Source of the DNA: Yuukianura sp. NJ FZ-2021
Lineage: Eukaryota
DNA length: 64,000 bases
Assembly (NCBI GenBank): GCA_046563655.1
Contig: CM102290.1
Coordinates: forward strand, 3,720,001 to 3,784,000
Direction: 5' to 3'
Shown: piece after piece, positions 33,540 to 47,467 of the stretch
Layout: each line of letters begins with the position of its first letter
Position numbering within the stretch: position 1 is the stretch's first letter
Made by a program: the position numbers and the translations under genes
The notes under the pieces: generated by a model
Told to the model about the DNA's origin: nothing
Seen by the model: the letters and a program-made list of their open reading frames with translations, nothing else
The model's database searches: none

Positions 33540-36500
33540 ATGGGACACGCACTGCCGGATGGGAAACGTTTCTTCTGTCGTGAATGGGTCTTCTCAAAGC
33601 TGCTTCATTCACTAGAAAATCTTCAAAAAGAACTAGAAGAAGCTACGGAACTCCACCCATCAGTAGTAAATCCACCGACTCCTGCCCCAGCAGCAACTAG
33701 ACGTAGCGGAATTCTCATTGTTGGAGGTCCTGGAGCTGGAAAGTCTTCGTTGTGTTCAGAAATTATTCTACCAACAGTTACCCAAGGGAAACAGTGGACC
33801 CTTCGCAAGAGCCTACTTGCCTACCACTTTTGTCAGGCCAATGACTGTGACACACTGTCTGTGTCAGAGTTTGTACTACGGTTGGCCGAACAACTCTCTA
33901 CTAGTCCTCTCATCCCGGAGTATAGACTGAAACTTGAAGAACCAAATATTCATGACGCCTTGGTCAACTTGTCGCATGATCCAGATGGAGCCTTCAAAGA
34001 AGTCGTACTGTTACCACTGCTAGAGCTCAATAAACCAAAGCAATGTTGTTTTATCCTGGTCGACTCAATTGATGAGTCTAGTTACGGAAACGGACGTTCG
34101 AGTAATAGTCATCGAGACCATCAAATACTTTCAACATCTTCGTCTCCTAAGAAAAGTAGTTCCATTGAAGAACTTCTGCTAAACAGTATTGATCTCTTCC
34201 CCCCATGGCTCATTCCCATATTTACTGCCAGAAAACAGAACAAATCATCACAAATTTCCGGATTTAGGAAAATCAGTCTCGATGATCTTCGGAAACCTCA
34301 AGTCAGGGGCAAATAACATTTTCTTTTCAACTAAACTGAAGTAAGTTGAAGTTGAATTAAAGATTCTTTGTCTCTTTCAGGTTGTCAGAGACGTTCAACA
34401 GTATATTTTACTTCGGCTAGACCAAGATTCAACCCTACGGCAGCATATCACTCGAGAAACAGCAGACATGCTCAATCAGCTCCACATCAAAAGCAATGGT
34501 TGCTTCCTATATATTGAAAAAGTATTAGACGGAGTATCGGATAATTTCATTTCCCTGCGAGAGATTCGTGACATTCCTGGTACTCTCAATGGTCTGTACC
34601 TTTGGATGTGTCAACGCCTATTTACTCGAAAACAATTCAGCAAAGTTGGTTGCATTCTCAGCGTTCTGCTTGCCTCCAGAAAACCGCTCCTGGAAGAAGA
34701 ACTTTTCCTGTCTCTTCAAATGCGGAACAAAGCCATGAGTCGTGAAGATTTTCGGAAGAGGATGCAAGTTCTGAAACGAGTAGTTGTGAAATTGAGTACA
34801 GGATACGTCGTTATTTTTCATCACAGTTTTGCCGAATGGCTCCTGGATGTGAAGCATTGTAGTCAGAAGTTTTTGTGTCAAGTGGACGATGGTCATGCAA
34901 TGTTGGCTATTCTATTTTCTCATTTGGCACCACATCTTCAAGAGAAAGGAATCACTGAACTTGCGCATCACCTCCTCCAGGCATCTATTATGGACTCTGA
35001 TCTACTTACTAATCTCATTCTGTCAGCTGGAAGTAACATCCGACTCCTTACGGACTTGAGTCAAGTGGATCCAAAAGTTGGAAAGTTGCTAAGTCAATGC
35101 ATTGTAACAGAAGAATATGGACGACGAGACATTGTCAAACAACCAAGCGGACAAGATGAGGAAGCCGAAGAAGAACCAGAAGAAGAGAACAGCACTAATG
35201 AAGCCAAAGCATCGCTTTATGAAGGCGGAGGGGAGGGCCCATGTGAAGCCGAAGAGAGCAGCGCTGCTCTGTCTGTTTCTGGAACGGACGAAATATTTCC
35301 AGCGGAAACAGTCAATTTGCAATTGTCAGCTGAGTATAGTCAATTTGTCCGTCTAGAGGAGCGCAAGCGCTATAGTGGTTCGTCGTACCTCCATGACGCA
35401 GCAGCAACAGGGAATGTCGAGGTGGTTGAGTACCTACTTAATACTGGGATTGACGTAAATGAGCCTGATAAGAACGGCCGAACACCTCTTCATTTGGCAG
35501 CTCGTCATGCAAGTTTAGATTTATTTCAAAATGACACCCATTTCTGTCATGACTGTCATAATTTATTGCTTAAAATCCTTTCCTTATGTTTATTGTTTTT
35601 GGATTACAGGGACATGAGGAAGTAGCAGCATTATTTTTGGATGCACAGTGTGAAGTCGACCCACGGTAAGACTATGCAATTTTATAGGCATTAAAGTGGA
35701 ATTGTTTATGTAAAGGCGAACGTTTGTTGATAATAGAGACAAGGATTTCTGGACACCGCTGTGTGCTTGTGCGAGTCAAGGACACCATAAACTTGTGATT
35801 CTCCTCCTAGAATCAAATGCAGCTGTAAATCATCGTGACAGGTATTTAAACTTGCTTCGCCTTTAAGTGTTTTGTCTAATCCCATTGTGTTGTTTTTTAT
35901 TACAGAGACGGAGCAACGCCTTTACGTAAGTCCATTTGAGCTGTGTCCGCACGCCGTTGTATCAGTTTAATTGTATCAACGGTCATTCTGTCAACTGGAA
36001 TTGTGTCAACTGCTCAGTTGTGATAACACTCAATGGCTAATTGTGTCAACAAGTGTAGCCATTGACACAGTTGAGCGTTGATGCAATTCCAGTTGACAGA
36101 ATTGAGTTGATGTAATGGCAGTTGATACAATTCCATTGGCACAAATGGCATTGAATCGTCGTACTAACCTCTAACAACAGTATTCTTATATTTATGGTTT
36201 ATATAACATGTTGAACAAAGTGATAAACCTTTAATAATTGATTATTTATTTTTTCAGTGATGGCAGCCTTTGAAGGCCACTTGTAAGTATCTATAAAGCC
36301 AAAGTTTTTGAAAAGCTGAAAGTTTTGACCGATTTTGTTTGATTTTCAGGAAAGTTTGTGAGACTTTATTGGAGTACATGGCAGACATTGATTGTTGTGA
36401 CAAAGTAGGAAGGAATCCCTTATGGGCTGCTGGTAAATACAACACAGGAGTTTGCTATCATTTTTTAAACAACGTATTTGGTAGAGTTGTGACTAATTTG

Positions 36501-39270
36501 GATTTTGTTTATTAGCGTCGATGGGCCATTGTGCTGTAGCTGAGTTACTTTTGTTTTGGGGGGCTTACGTAGATCACATTGACGGGCAAGTTCTTTTGAA
36601 CTTACATTTGAAGTTTATGTTACCAACTGATCAATAATGTACTGACGCTATCTTGACTATTTTAGGGATGGACGTACCGTGCTTTCTGTGGCAGCAGCTC
36701 AGGTGAGTGTGTGTGTTTGATCTTATCTGAAATTTACCAAAATGTCGCTTGGTGAAATCGAAGTTTTGCATCTGATTTTATGAATTTAGGGCAATGTTGG
36801 TGTCGTGAAGTTATTACTCGCCAGAGGGCTGGACGAGGGTCATCGAGATAACTTGGGCTGGACGCCATTGCATGTACGGGATCTAGAATACAAAATTGAG
36901 ATTGTTAAATATGGCAATGACATCGCATTTTTTTTGTTTGGATTCAGTATGCCGCTTTTGAAGGTCATCGCGAAGTGTGCGAGGCGTTGATTGAAGCAGG
37001 AGCGCGCGTGAACGACGTGGACAATGATGGGTATCATGGACTGTTGCTTGCAGCTCAAGAAGGCCACTTGCTTGTAGTCAAGAGTCTCATAAATCACGAA
37101 GCTTATTTGGACCATCGATCGCACGATGGTCAAACTGCACTTCGTAAGTTTTTCCTTCAATTTTTTCGAAAATGGTTTTGTAAATTGCATGTGATGACTG
37201 TATTTTTCAGGCGTTGCTGCGACGGAAGGTTTTAAAGATATTGTTCAGGTACTTACAATTTTTTGAATTTTGACTTTTTTTTTAAACTTTTTTAGAATTT
37301 GAGAATAGTTTGGTAGTAAATTGTGGATTTTGATTTCCAGCTGCTAGTCAGTCAAGGGGCAAATGTGAACTACTGTGATATGGACGGGCGAAGCACTTTG
37401 TATCTCCTAGCTTTAGAAAACCGAGTGAGAATGGCTCAATTTCTTATTTTTTGCGGTGCTGACGTGGAGGCTCGTGACTTTGAGGGTCGTACTCCACTTC
37501 ACGTCTCTTCGTGGCAAGGTCACATGAAAATGGTGGAACTACTGCTGTCGGCTGGTGCAGTTGTGGATGCACTGGATAATGACAAAAGAACGCCGCTCCA
37601 GAATGCAGCATGGGAAGGCCATGACAGTATTGTGCGCCTACTTTGTGAGCGAGGAAGTGAGGTTGACCATATGTGTAACCAGGTACGACTACCGCTGTGT
37701 TTCACGGTTCCAATCAACGTATTAAGTTTCAATTCTTTTGTTCTTTCAGGGAGCGACAGCCCTTTGCATCTCTGTACAATGTGGGCATATAGACTGTGTC
37801 AAAGTACTGTTGGAGTATGGAGCAAATCCAAAACGGTCGGATCGAAGTGGAAGGACGCCAATCAAAGTGGCACAGAAGTCCGGACATACTTCAATCACGC
37901 GCTTACTTGAGCAGGCAATTCAGTCTGGAATCAAATCCAGTAAGAAAATAAGTTCACAAGGCGATGAAAATTGTACACAATTTTTATCATTTTTGCTCTA
38001 GTTTCTGCGGACGCTGCTGCCGAAGAAATTCAGAAATCTGAGCGTATCAAACCTCGTCAAGAGTGTAGTACTCAAGGAATTTTGGATAGCAATACGGAGT
38101 ATCATGGAGACGTCAATACTCATCATCAGGAACACCATGAAATCTCAAACAGGACTAGCGTCTCTCCTCATTCCCCGATTTTGCCTCCAATTGCTTCTCC
38201 CAAACTGGATAAACAAAATACTGCAGTTGCAGGTAATTAAATTACTGTTTTCAGAATCACATAAGGCCAGATTTATCAATGATTTGCTTAATTTCAGGTT
38301 CTGCCAATCACCAGATCAATTTTGCGAAGCAAGTACAACAGTTATCAAGGCGGCAAGGTCAGGAGCAAAATCCACAACGTTCGAAACAGCCCACGAGTCC
38401 ACTCTACTCATCTCCGCCGCCAATTTCCCCAAATGGCAAAAGAGAGCCAATTCCTCTGCAGTTTGGGAATCCTTTGTCATCGAATCTCAATAGAACTTAC
38501 AGCAATGATACAGGAGCGGATTCCAAGATCTTCGATGAGAAAAATGGAACGAGAGCAACCGAAGATACTCGTTTTAAACCTGCACTGGAGTCATACGTAC
38601 GTCCGCTCAACAATGCTCCACCAGCTCAGCCATCACCGTTTGCTTTTACGCGGGTAATTAAAACGATTTAAGATTTAAATACAATTGAGTTAACATAAGG
38701 ATTAGCGATCGTCATTGTACTCGCACCGTGTAGCCACTTCCGGCCTTGGTGGCTACGCCTGAGGTGGCAATATTTGTAGCCTCTCTAATCCAAGCAAACC
38801 TGGCCGAGAGTGGCAACCACGTTGGTATTGTACCATTGCAGCCATAATGTGGCTACTCAGAGCGGCTACAATGACAGTCGTTAAACCTTACCTCAACACT
38901 AACCCACAATTAAGAAAGAACACTACATGAATCGCTTGTTTTTGGTTGTTGTTTGCAGGATTCTCACATGAAAATCATTTTGGGATCCAATGAAACCAGT
39001 TCAAACTTTTTGAACAAACCAACGAAGAAAGGGCCACTTGGATACATTCAAAACGGAAGTGGAATTAGTAATGCAACAAGCGTTATTCGAAGTGGGCTGA
39101 GCGCTCTCCGAGCCGGAGTGCTTGAAGCCAAGGCTGGAAAGAAGTCAGGTCATACCTCCCCACTTGTCTCTGCAGCCTCACTCGCCGTCCCAAACGTTGT
39201 CGTTCACAAGTCCAAAGCTGGCACTTCCTCCGACAACAGCGCATTTCCAAAGAAAGAAACACAAATCTAA
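33540..39270 (+). CDS. ANKRD50: Ankyrin repeat domain-containing protein 50
   Basis: [15 protein letters not shown]-loop [61 protein letters not shown], many ankyrin repeats and C-terminal KKETQI*. Confidence 0.94.
35950..36150. repeat. Foldback-like inverted minisatellite in an ANKRD50 intron
   Basis: Repeated AATTGTGTCAAC-like units followed by their reverse complements (GTTGACACAGTT, CCAGTTGACAGAAT, GTTGATACAATT). Confidence 0.75.
38699..38887. mobile_element. MITE, probably PIF/Harbinger type
   Basis: TAA-GGATTAGCGATCGTCATTGTA ... TACAATGACAGTCGTTAAACC-TTA, with internal GTAGCCAC/GTGGCTAC motifs. Confidence 0.65.
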
Positions 39271-39875
39271 AGATCCGGAACCGCCAGCATCATCAACCGC
39301 TTTGCACACTCGCCGTGCAACTTTTGGAGCCTCAAAACTCATGTTTTCTTCAACGGAAAAAGAAACCCTTCGTCCTTCCTGCTAAACTGTGGCCGTCTTA
39401 CTTGAGCATAACTTTTTAGTGTGCAAGCTCTTTTTTTAATTATTGTAAAGTATACGAATGACAACTTGTTTTTACTTTTTGTTTCATTTTATAAGCCACA
39501 AAGTAGTATTTAATTGTTAGAGTAGCAGCTAACAACGAAACTCATCCTTTCACGCCTGTCGAACTCCTTGATATTATCGTTTGTGCAAAAACTGATTCAA
39601 AAAGCCTCCTGCTTTCAATCTTTTAGAAACGTTTGAGTGAGAGTCTCTAAAACAAAAAAAGTAAAGTTTATACGCTTTTAGACTAATAATTTAAGAATCG
39701 ATTGCTGGAGTTTGCCAGTGTTGGATTCCAGTTGAAATGGAAATTAAATCATGAAAATGTAAGAAAACTGGCAGAACAGACTGTTGTGTGAAAAGGTATT
39801 GATCGCTTCTGGGTTTATGTAAGGTAACGACGTTAGAGACTTGAGCTAATTAATTAACTAAATGCTATTTCATCA

Positions 39876-40614
39876 TTAATCTTCTTCCACTAGTTTCTTC
39901 CTCATGTTATCAGTTAAAGATTCCTCATAACGGCCTAAATTTTTAGATTGTGGTGGAATTAGGGCTGCAGCGACGTAGCGCCTCTCGACGTTCAGGAAAT
40001 TGTAGGTTGTACAGGCATGGTCTGTTGGTAGAATTTCTAAACTAATTCCTTTTGATCTAACGTACTTCTGTGTCTCTTGACTAACTTGTTGTCCATGATC
40101 ACCTACTCCGATAACTAGAATATCTGAGGAAACAGAAAAATGATCGATTACTACCCGAATCTTTGATATATAAAAATGTACAAATCTTAAGTTGAATCAC
40201 TATCGTACCAATTTTAGGTTCGAGGACAACGAAGGCAGAAAGCGACTCTGGTGTAATGTGAGCTGCATTCTTGACATCCCAGGCCAGAGCTGATTTTGGA
40301 AACAGTGCCAATGGTCCAATGGCATAAAATCCGTTATTTAGACGAAATCCGTGCTACAATTAAAATAGTGGTTTAACATTCAAAAGAATGCTTGCTTTCG
40401 TTTCTTTTTAAGTACCTAGATCAATGTCCATGTTTACCTGACTAAAAGAATTGACCATTAGTGGAGAATCAGTTTCCATGTTCAGAATCGTAACGGTAGT
40501 CTTCCCATCGCCTTCGTAGCTGTGACAATGTTTAGCAGTGGAAACCATTACTGAATGTCTACAGCAACGTTTAGTTACGGCATTTGACAAAGACCGAATG
40601 AGGATGCTGGACAT
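39876..40614 (-). CDS. NDUFAF3: Complex I assembly factor 3 (DUF498/Mth938-like)
   Basis: Mitochondrial-type presequence, SYEGDGKTTVTILN, HGFRLNNG..IGPLALFPK..W, EPKIDILVIGVG, LEILPTDHACTTYNFLNVERRYVAAALIP; three exons. Confidence 0.93.
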
Positions 40615-41451
40615 ATTCAGAATTTTCAAGCTACCCGTCCAGCGTTCTCCCTAATTTACTGTCAGAAGTCAGATACTTAAGTAATCACGATTCACCAACT
40701 AATAAGTTAACTAATCACCGGTTTTATTGTTTTTTTTTTTGAAACATCAATTAAAAATCCTCTTTTCGAATAATTAATTGGCGTACGCTTTGGAGTGAAT
40801 GATTGTACCCACACAGTTAAAATCACGGAATATATTTTGTACAGTTCACCCAAGGGTATAAGTTTGTTAATTTTGAATTATTGAGAAGGGAAGAGATACA
40901 AAACAACACTAGTAATTAGGGGTATCGGGTACAGTACAACGCTAGTAATTAGTGGTACACTACAGTATAGCCCTTGTAATTGACGGTACAATATAATGCT
41001 TGTAATTGGAGGTTACAACCACTTACTACACAGCTTACCTCAACCGTACAATCGAATGTAAACACATTTCAAATGGAAGTTTAACCCGCTGGAAAGTTCA
41101 CGCAACTGCACCTTTTCGATCGTGGGCTTGAATTAATTATTAATTTAAAAGGAATAAATCATGCTGATGGGATAGGGAAGGATTAATGGGCATTGATCAG
41201 TTGACAATAGAAAGCAATTAATTACGTCCCTACAGTATTTAACATTTGGAACTTTAAACAGATCCAGATGCCCAACAGCGTGTAACATATGTTAAGTGAT
41301 AACCAGCTGATCCGCTTTAGTGATAAAAGCGTGCCGCTATTTCACATTTGACAGGTTACTTTTACTGTGTACGTACTTTTAGACTTTTAGTACATTAGGT
41401 TTATCAACCTGTGTAGTCAATTATTAATCAAGGGACAACAAACCCTCAAAC

Positions 41452-42744
41452 ATGAATCTCCAATACCTCCAGTACATCAGTTTGGTTACCCTCACCGTCC
41501 AGAATGCTGTTCTCGCACTGTCAATGAGATATGCTCGTACAAGGACCGGTCATATGTTCCTTTCATCCACAGGTAAATGAATTAAAATTTATCTTTACCT
41601 ATGATTTTTATGAAAAAAGTTTAATAACTAAACTCTGTGTTCTTTTTCCGAATTTTAGCTGTACTTAATTCAGAAGTAATCAAATTGCTCATATGCCTCC
41701 TAATCGTTTTTCGGGAAAATGGAAGAGACGTATCAGCATTCATACTAGAGTTGAGAAAAACAGTCATCGATCAGCCTATGGATACACTCAAAGTCTGCGT
41801 CCCTTCTATGGTTTATGTCGTTCAGAATAATCTGTTGTACTTGGCAGCATCACATTTAGATGCAGGAACTTATCAGGTTGGCCAATTTTTACTTTCGTAT
41901 CTTTATGAGTTGTGATCTCTTAATCCTCATTAATCTTTGACCTGCTAAAACAGACTAGGGAAGTACACTTTTTTTTTAATGGGACATGAATTTATGATTT
42001 TTGTGTATGTATAAGGTGACATATCAATTGAAGATTTTGACTACAGCCGTCTTCAGTGTCATTATCTTGAAGAGGAAGTTGATCTCTACTCAATGGGGAG
42101 CTCTCCTGTTGCTACTGTTTGGAGTCATTTTGGTAGAACTAGCTCAAACTCATGAATCTTCCACCGGAGTGACTGAAAATGGAGAACAGAATCGTGTCCT
42201 TGGGATTTCAGCGGCAGTTGCCGCTTGCTGTCTTTCCGGTTTCGCCGGGATATACTTTGAAAAGATTCTGAAAGGATCTACTATTTCCGTCTGGATGCGA
42301 AATGTACAATTATCGTTATGTTCCATCCCATTTGCTTTGATAACCTGCGTCCTCAATGACGGTGACAGTATTTATTCCAAAGGATACTTTTACGGGTAAC
42401 TTTTCATTCCCAAAATTGGTTGTGGATCAATCGTTTAACTTCAATTACTTATCCTTATTTGTTCATGTTGTTTCAGATATGGTCTCTTTGTATGGTACTT
42501 GGTAGTACTCCAAGCATGTGGTGGTCTCCTTGTGGCAATTGTCGTCAAATATGCAGACAATCTTCTGAAAGGATTCGCAACCTCCGTAGCTATTATTTTG
42601 GCATGTGCCGTTTCAATCGTTTTGTTCAACTTTCAGTTGACTTTTCAGTTCAGTATTGGTACACTACTTGTGATAGCCTCCATATTTCTCTATGGATATC
42701 AACCCCCGGTGGCCAACAAATCTTCAATGATCGCAAAAGTTTGA
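41452..42744 (+). CDS. SLC35A nucleotide-sugar transporter (UDP-Gal/UDP-GlcNAc type)
   Basis: YISLVTLTVQNA..MRYAR, VPSMVYVVQNNLLY, TYQVTYQLKILTTA, SGFAGIYFEKILK, VWMRNVQL, GGLLVAIVVKYADNLLKGFATS; four exons. Confidence 0.92.
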
Positions 42745-43439
42745 TACTTGCTTAATACCTAAAATTCTTAACTGATTAATTAAATAATGAAATACTTTAT
42801 GGCTTATGAGAACCCATGATTGTTACTCTGTTAAAAAAGATTAGAGTTTAGATTGAGGATAGCTTAATTCTATGAATCGATCAGAAAATAGCGCCACATA
42901 GGATTAGTATTTATTACTTTCGCTTTATTTTGCAATTCAAACTAAAACTAAACTTACTAAATCAAGAGTTAAACAAAAAAGATTTTTATGGATAAAACAA
43001 TACATGCTGTGAAAAGCTTTAATTAATAACTTTAATTAATTAAAGACTCTTGTTAAAAAGTTTAAGTAGATTCACGCGAAATCGCTGATTTAATGTTTTC
43101 TAATTATATTTTCAAATTTAATTTTTTAAGAGAGTAATTAACATAACATGAACCAGTCCTAAAGCTCCCATGGAAAGAACAGGTGAATTATAACTTGATA
43201 CTTCGCTTTTTTCATTCTTGCCTCGGTCATCCAAGGATTCATGCACTTTTGGAAGGGAATAGTGTAAACATTTACCGTAATTGAAATTATGTTTAATAAC
43301 AATGTGTTTGTTTCTAGTTGAAATGGGATGATCATGATAATCGTTATTTAGTAGCTCGTGAAATTAATCAATTTTGTATAGGTTCATTTGGTTGGGATAG
43401 AAGAATATTTTTGTTGTGGAATTTTTTCTTAGATGAGAC

Positions 43440-44366
43440 TTATTCGTTTTTCTTCTCCGTCGGAGAAGTTGATGTAGTAGCTGCGCTGGAATCCTTTCCA
43501 TCTTCTTCATCATCGGTGTAATTCGTGGGTTCTTCTCCAGGTTTCAGCAACTTTCCAACAAAGTCATACTTTTCTGAAATGCAAGACACAAACTGTTGTT
43601 ATTCACTTTATTTCATTGACTGGAGTCATATCTTTGCAACACTCCAGGAACTCAATCCAGACTCTCTAAAAACTTGTCACTTGTCTCCAGTCATTCAACC
43701 ATTCCCGTGACCATTCTCAAGTAACCACTCGTGACATGACCTGATTAGGTACAATCTTATCGTTCTCACCGGCCAACTGAGCTTCCCATTCACGTACGGA
43801 CTCCATCTGCATCGGCGTCAGATCCGACAGGTCATCATGCTCGTCTTTCACAAGGTCAGTCTGAAACATAGCAAGCGCACGAGAAGCATCATGGCCAGCG
43901 AAAGACCCGTATGCTCCACCTACAAATAAAATAAGGAAGTTAATAAAAAATTAAGATAAACATAAAACAAGCTAAACTACAATGAGGCCTAGGATCCATA
44001 AACCATAAATAACGTTTATAGCTTACCGGGACCGTAGAACCGCTTTCCTCGAGTACAATCAAACACCTTTCCATTGACTGCAATTAGAATCCTGCCAGAG
44101 CTATCTGTTCCATCATATTGACGTAGTTCAGCAATTGTGAAGTCTCTCTTCTTCATTTTTGGTGGAGGTGGAGGAGGAGGTTGGAAGTCCCTGAAGTCGT
44201 CATTACGTCCTCGAATAATTTTGTATAACAGGAAAATAATCGCCAACAGTAGGCAAACGTTCAAGGGCGACGAAGTAATCTCCGTGATGAAGTCTGACAT
44301 ATATCCAGCACTCGCTTCCTCTCCATGTCCCTCGTCGATGACAGGTTTCGTTTGTTCTGACTCCAT
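43440..44366 (-). CDS. PGRMC1: Membrane-associated progesterone receptor component / membrane steroid-binding protein
   Basis: N-terminal TM, [82 protein letters not shown]. Confidence 0.94.
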
Positions 44367-45204
44367 TATTGATTTGATGAAGCGAATTAACTTGCTTTGA
44401 AGATACTCTGCTACTACTTGCTTTCCTTCCTCGTGGGTTGTTGGTTGTAGTGGATATCAAGGAAGTCCAGAGTCCACGGATTTAATTTGTATTTTGTACT
44501 AAAATTAATACAAAAAAAAACCTGTTAGATGAGGAGCCAACGAGCCAAGTGAAAGATGAAGATAAGGCAGATTTAGCTTACATGCAGTGGTCTAGTTGGC
44601 TTAATCCTTACAAGAGTCGGGATCCAGTCGTGGTGTTAGTGGTAGTAGTAGTGTAGTGGTTGATTAGAGGAGACCTAGTGTAGATACCAATTGTTCGAGG
44701 TGTGAAATTTTAATTGAAACTGAAGTGGCAATGCAATGATTCTGCACAAAAAGAGCAGAATGCAAAGGAGAAGAGGAAAAGAGAGGCTGCCTGGATGCCG
44801 CTGCTGACGTCTCCCCCTGTCCACCACGCAACTCCCTACTCTCAACATCTTCTGTTTTTCTATTGCAAAACATATGCCAGAATATGCATCCACGTTTCCA
44901 TGCTTACCATTCCAAACGTTACAGTAGTTATACATATATATTTTTATCATTTTCATTTAGGGAACCATGTTTTTTAAAAAAGTGGACATTGGTATTTGAA
45001 CAAATCTTAGTTTTTAGTTTTTAAAAATTAGCCAGACCTGTGGTCTGCTAATGCTTAGGAATAGACAGGGCCACACTTAATCCGTTTTACGTGTTGAGAC
45101 GTTGCAAGCGGGATTTTTAAAATTAGACTTTTTCAGAAATGGTTGAAATAAAGATTGATGACCGTAATTGTATATACAGTATAATGTTATTAAATCTGAC
45201 CATG

Positions 45205-45430
45205 TTGGATGGCTACAGGAGGCGGCTACACCTTGGTGACAGCTTTTGTAGCCACTTAGGCTGAAAGCTTGACGACCGTGACTGTAACCGCACAGTGTAG
45301 CCACTCCAGCCATCTTGAGTGGCTGCAGTAGGCGGCTGAACTTTCATGCCAACTATGTAGCCACTTCAACTTAACCTGAGCTTAAATTGGCACCGATTGG
45401 CACCATAATTTGCCGCATAGTGTAGCCACC
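45205..45430. repeat. Degenerate element rich in GTAGCCAC/GTGGCTAC motifs, related to the 38699-38887 MITE
   Basis: Repeated TGTAGCCAC and GGCTAC motifs shared with the interior of the 38.7-kb element. Confidence 0.5.
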
Positions 45431-45908
45431 CATATATCTGCAAGCTGGTTAGACCTTGGGGTTACAAATAAGTTCCCGACGCACTACACCAACCCTAAAA
45501 ATAATTAAAATTAACATATAACAAAAAAAAAGATACAGAATGAAGGATAATAACAATTATCAGCAATTACGGGAGAAGAACTCAATTATTAATTATCGGT
45601 ACTGAGGAGTGGGCGGTGAGAGGCAACGGAGGCTGAGCTAACAAGGTTGTATTTGCGTAATGTAAGCCGAATGTCATTTGGATTTGCTGCTAATTTAACT
45701 TGAATTACGTTTCTGTATAGCTCCCTCCCTGATAAAGCCGGCCGACCAGTCGTCGGACACCCAAGGAAGGTGTATCGTTTCATTGTAAGCACATTCGGAG
45801 TTATAACCGGGTTGGTTTAAGACTGAACTGTAAGACGTGTCATTCGGGGTCAGGAATCTTCATCGTCTTCGTTTAGCCCAAGCTGTAATCGGGGTTGAAG
45901 ACGAAGCG

Positions 45909-46887
45909 ATGGCCCATAGTAGCTTTGGGTGGGAGTCTCGTTCTCCAAGTCTAAATCGTCGAGAGCAGAGCCCTGTTCCTGATGATGTAATTTTTGGTAA
46001 TTATTTTAGGTACATTTTGACCAAATTGATTGTCTGTTTATGGAATGACTAATCAAGAATTTATCATGTGTAGGAGACTGTACAAGATGCGGTGAGGTAG
46101 TTCTGGGCGAAGGAATGGGTTGTGAAGCTATGGGACAAGTATATCATGTTGCGTGTTTTACTTGTCGACTATGCAACTGTTCTCTCAATGGGAAACCATT
46201 CTTTTACCACACGGACGGAAATCCATACTGTCAACAGGATTACTACGTAAGTTTGAACAGTTATATGAATTGACATTGATGAAATTCAGAGAGTATGACT
46301 CCAATCTTATTAAAAATCTTTTGAATAGTCACGGCTGGAAAAGTGCTGTGTATGTGGAGAGACAGTGACCGAAAGGATTTTAAGAGCAAATGGGAAACCT
46401 TATCATCCAGGATGCTTCAAATGCCTCATTTGTGGAAAGAGCTTGGAGGGAATCCAGTTCACCGTTGATGCAGCAAACAGAATTGTTTGTCTAGAAGATT
46501 TTCATCAGTAAGTAAACACTTTTTTTTCTGTTTCAAGAATCTTGAGATTCGAGTACTATACCAAAATTCTCTACTTCCAGAAAATTCGCTCCAAGATGCA
46601 GTGTTTGCAAGAAACCGATAGTTCCGGAATCCGGACGCGAAGAGACTATTAGAGTCGTCGCATTGGATCGAAGTTTTCATCAGGATTGCTACAAATGCGA
46701 AGTATGTTTGGTTTCAATTTTCAAGCTTACTTCAAATGATTTATTTACTAATTTCAAACAACTTGTTTTCTAGGATTGTGGATTGGTTCTGAGCTCTGTA
46801 GCTGAAGGACGGGGTTGCTACCCATTGGACGACCATGTGTTGTGCAAGAATTGCAATGCGAGACGCATCCGTAACATCAAAATTTGA
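45909..46887 (+). CDS. LPP: Zyxin/LPP-family triple-LIM protein (N-terminus uncertain)
   Basis: Three LIM domains: [95 protein letters not shown]. Confidence 0.85.
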
Positions 46888-47467
46888 GCAATATCTTGGT
46901 CGCTTCGGATTCGCTGCTATCTCACTTTTACTGAATGAGACTAAGAACACATTGTATCTCACTCTGATGAACTTATTAGTTCAAGACTTGTAGAACAAGC
47001 TTAATTCCAGTTTACATTATTGCTAGGCCTGATCGTAGTAGTAGTCGACACCTACTGTTTTCCATCAGTTGTCAGTTTTTCTCTCTGTATTGTGTGCTGG
47101 ACATTCCCAACTTTTTCACTTTTGTACACAGGAACTTTTCTCTTGCAATTTGAAAACTTCAAAGTCTTGTCAATGTCAAACATTCCTTGTTAACGTTTGC
47201 TCACTTTGTAATAGCGTTAGGAAATGAAAAGTAGTTAAATAGTTACTTAAAATTGTCGTGATGTTCATATTAACCAAGTGTAGTTCTTTATTGGTTATGT
47301 TTAACATCACATTACCATTAGAATTAAAGCTTGCTGAAGCAGAATTTGAAGCGATGAAAACGACTATTTGTTCTAGTATGATGATCGGAATAGCACTAAT
47401 AGTCATAACACCTTACACTCGATTTCGGTTTTGAAACTGTCAAGCCACAATGTGAGGCTAAGATTGT

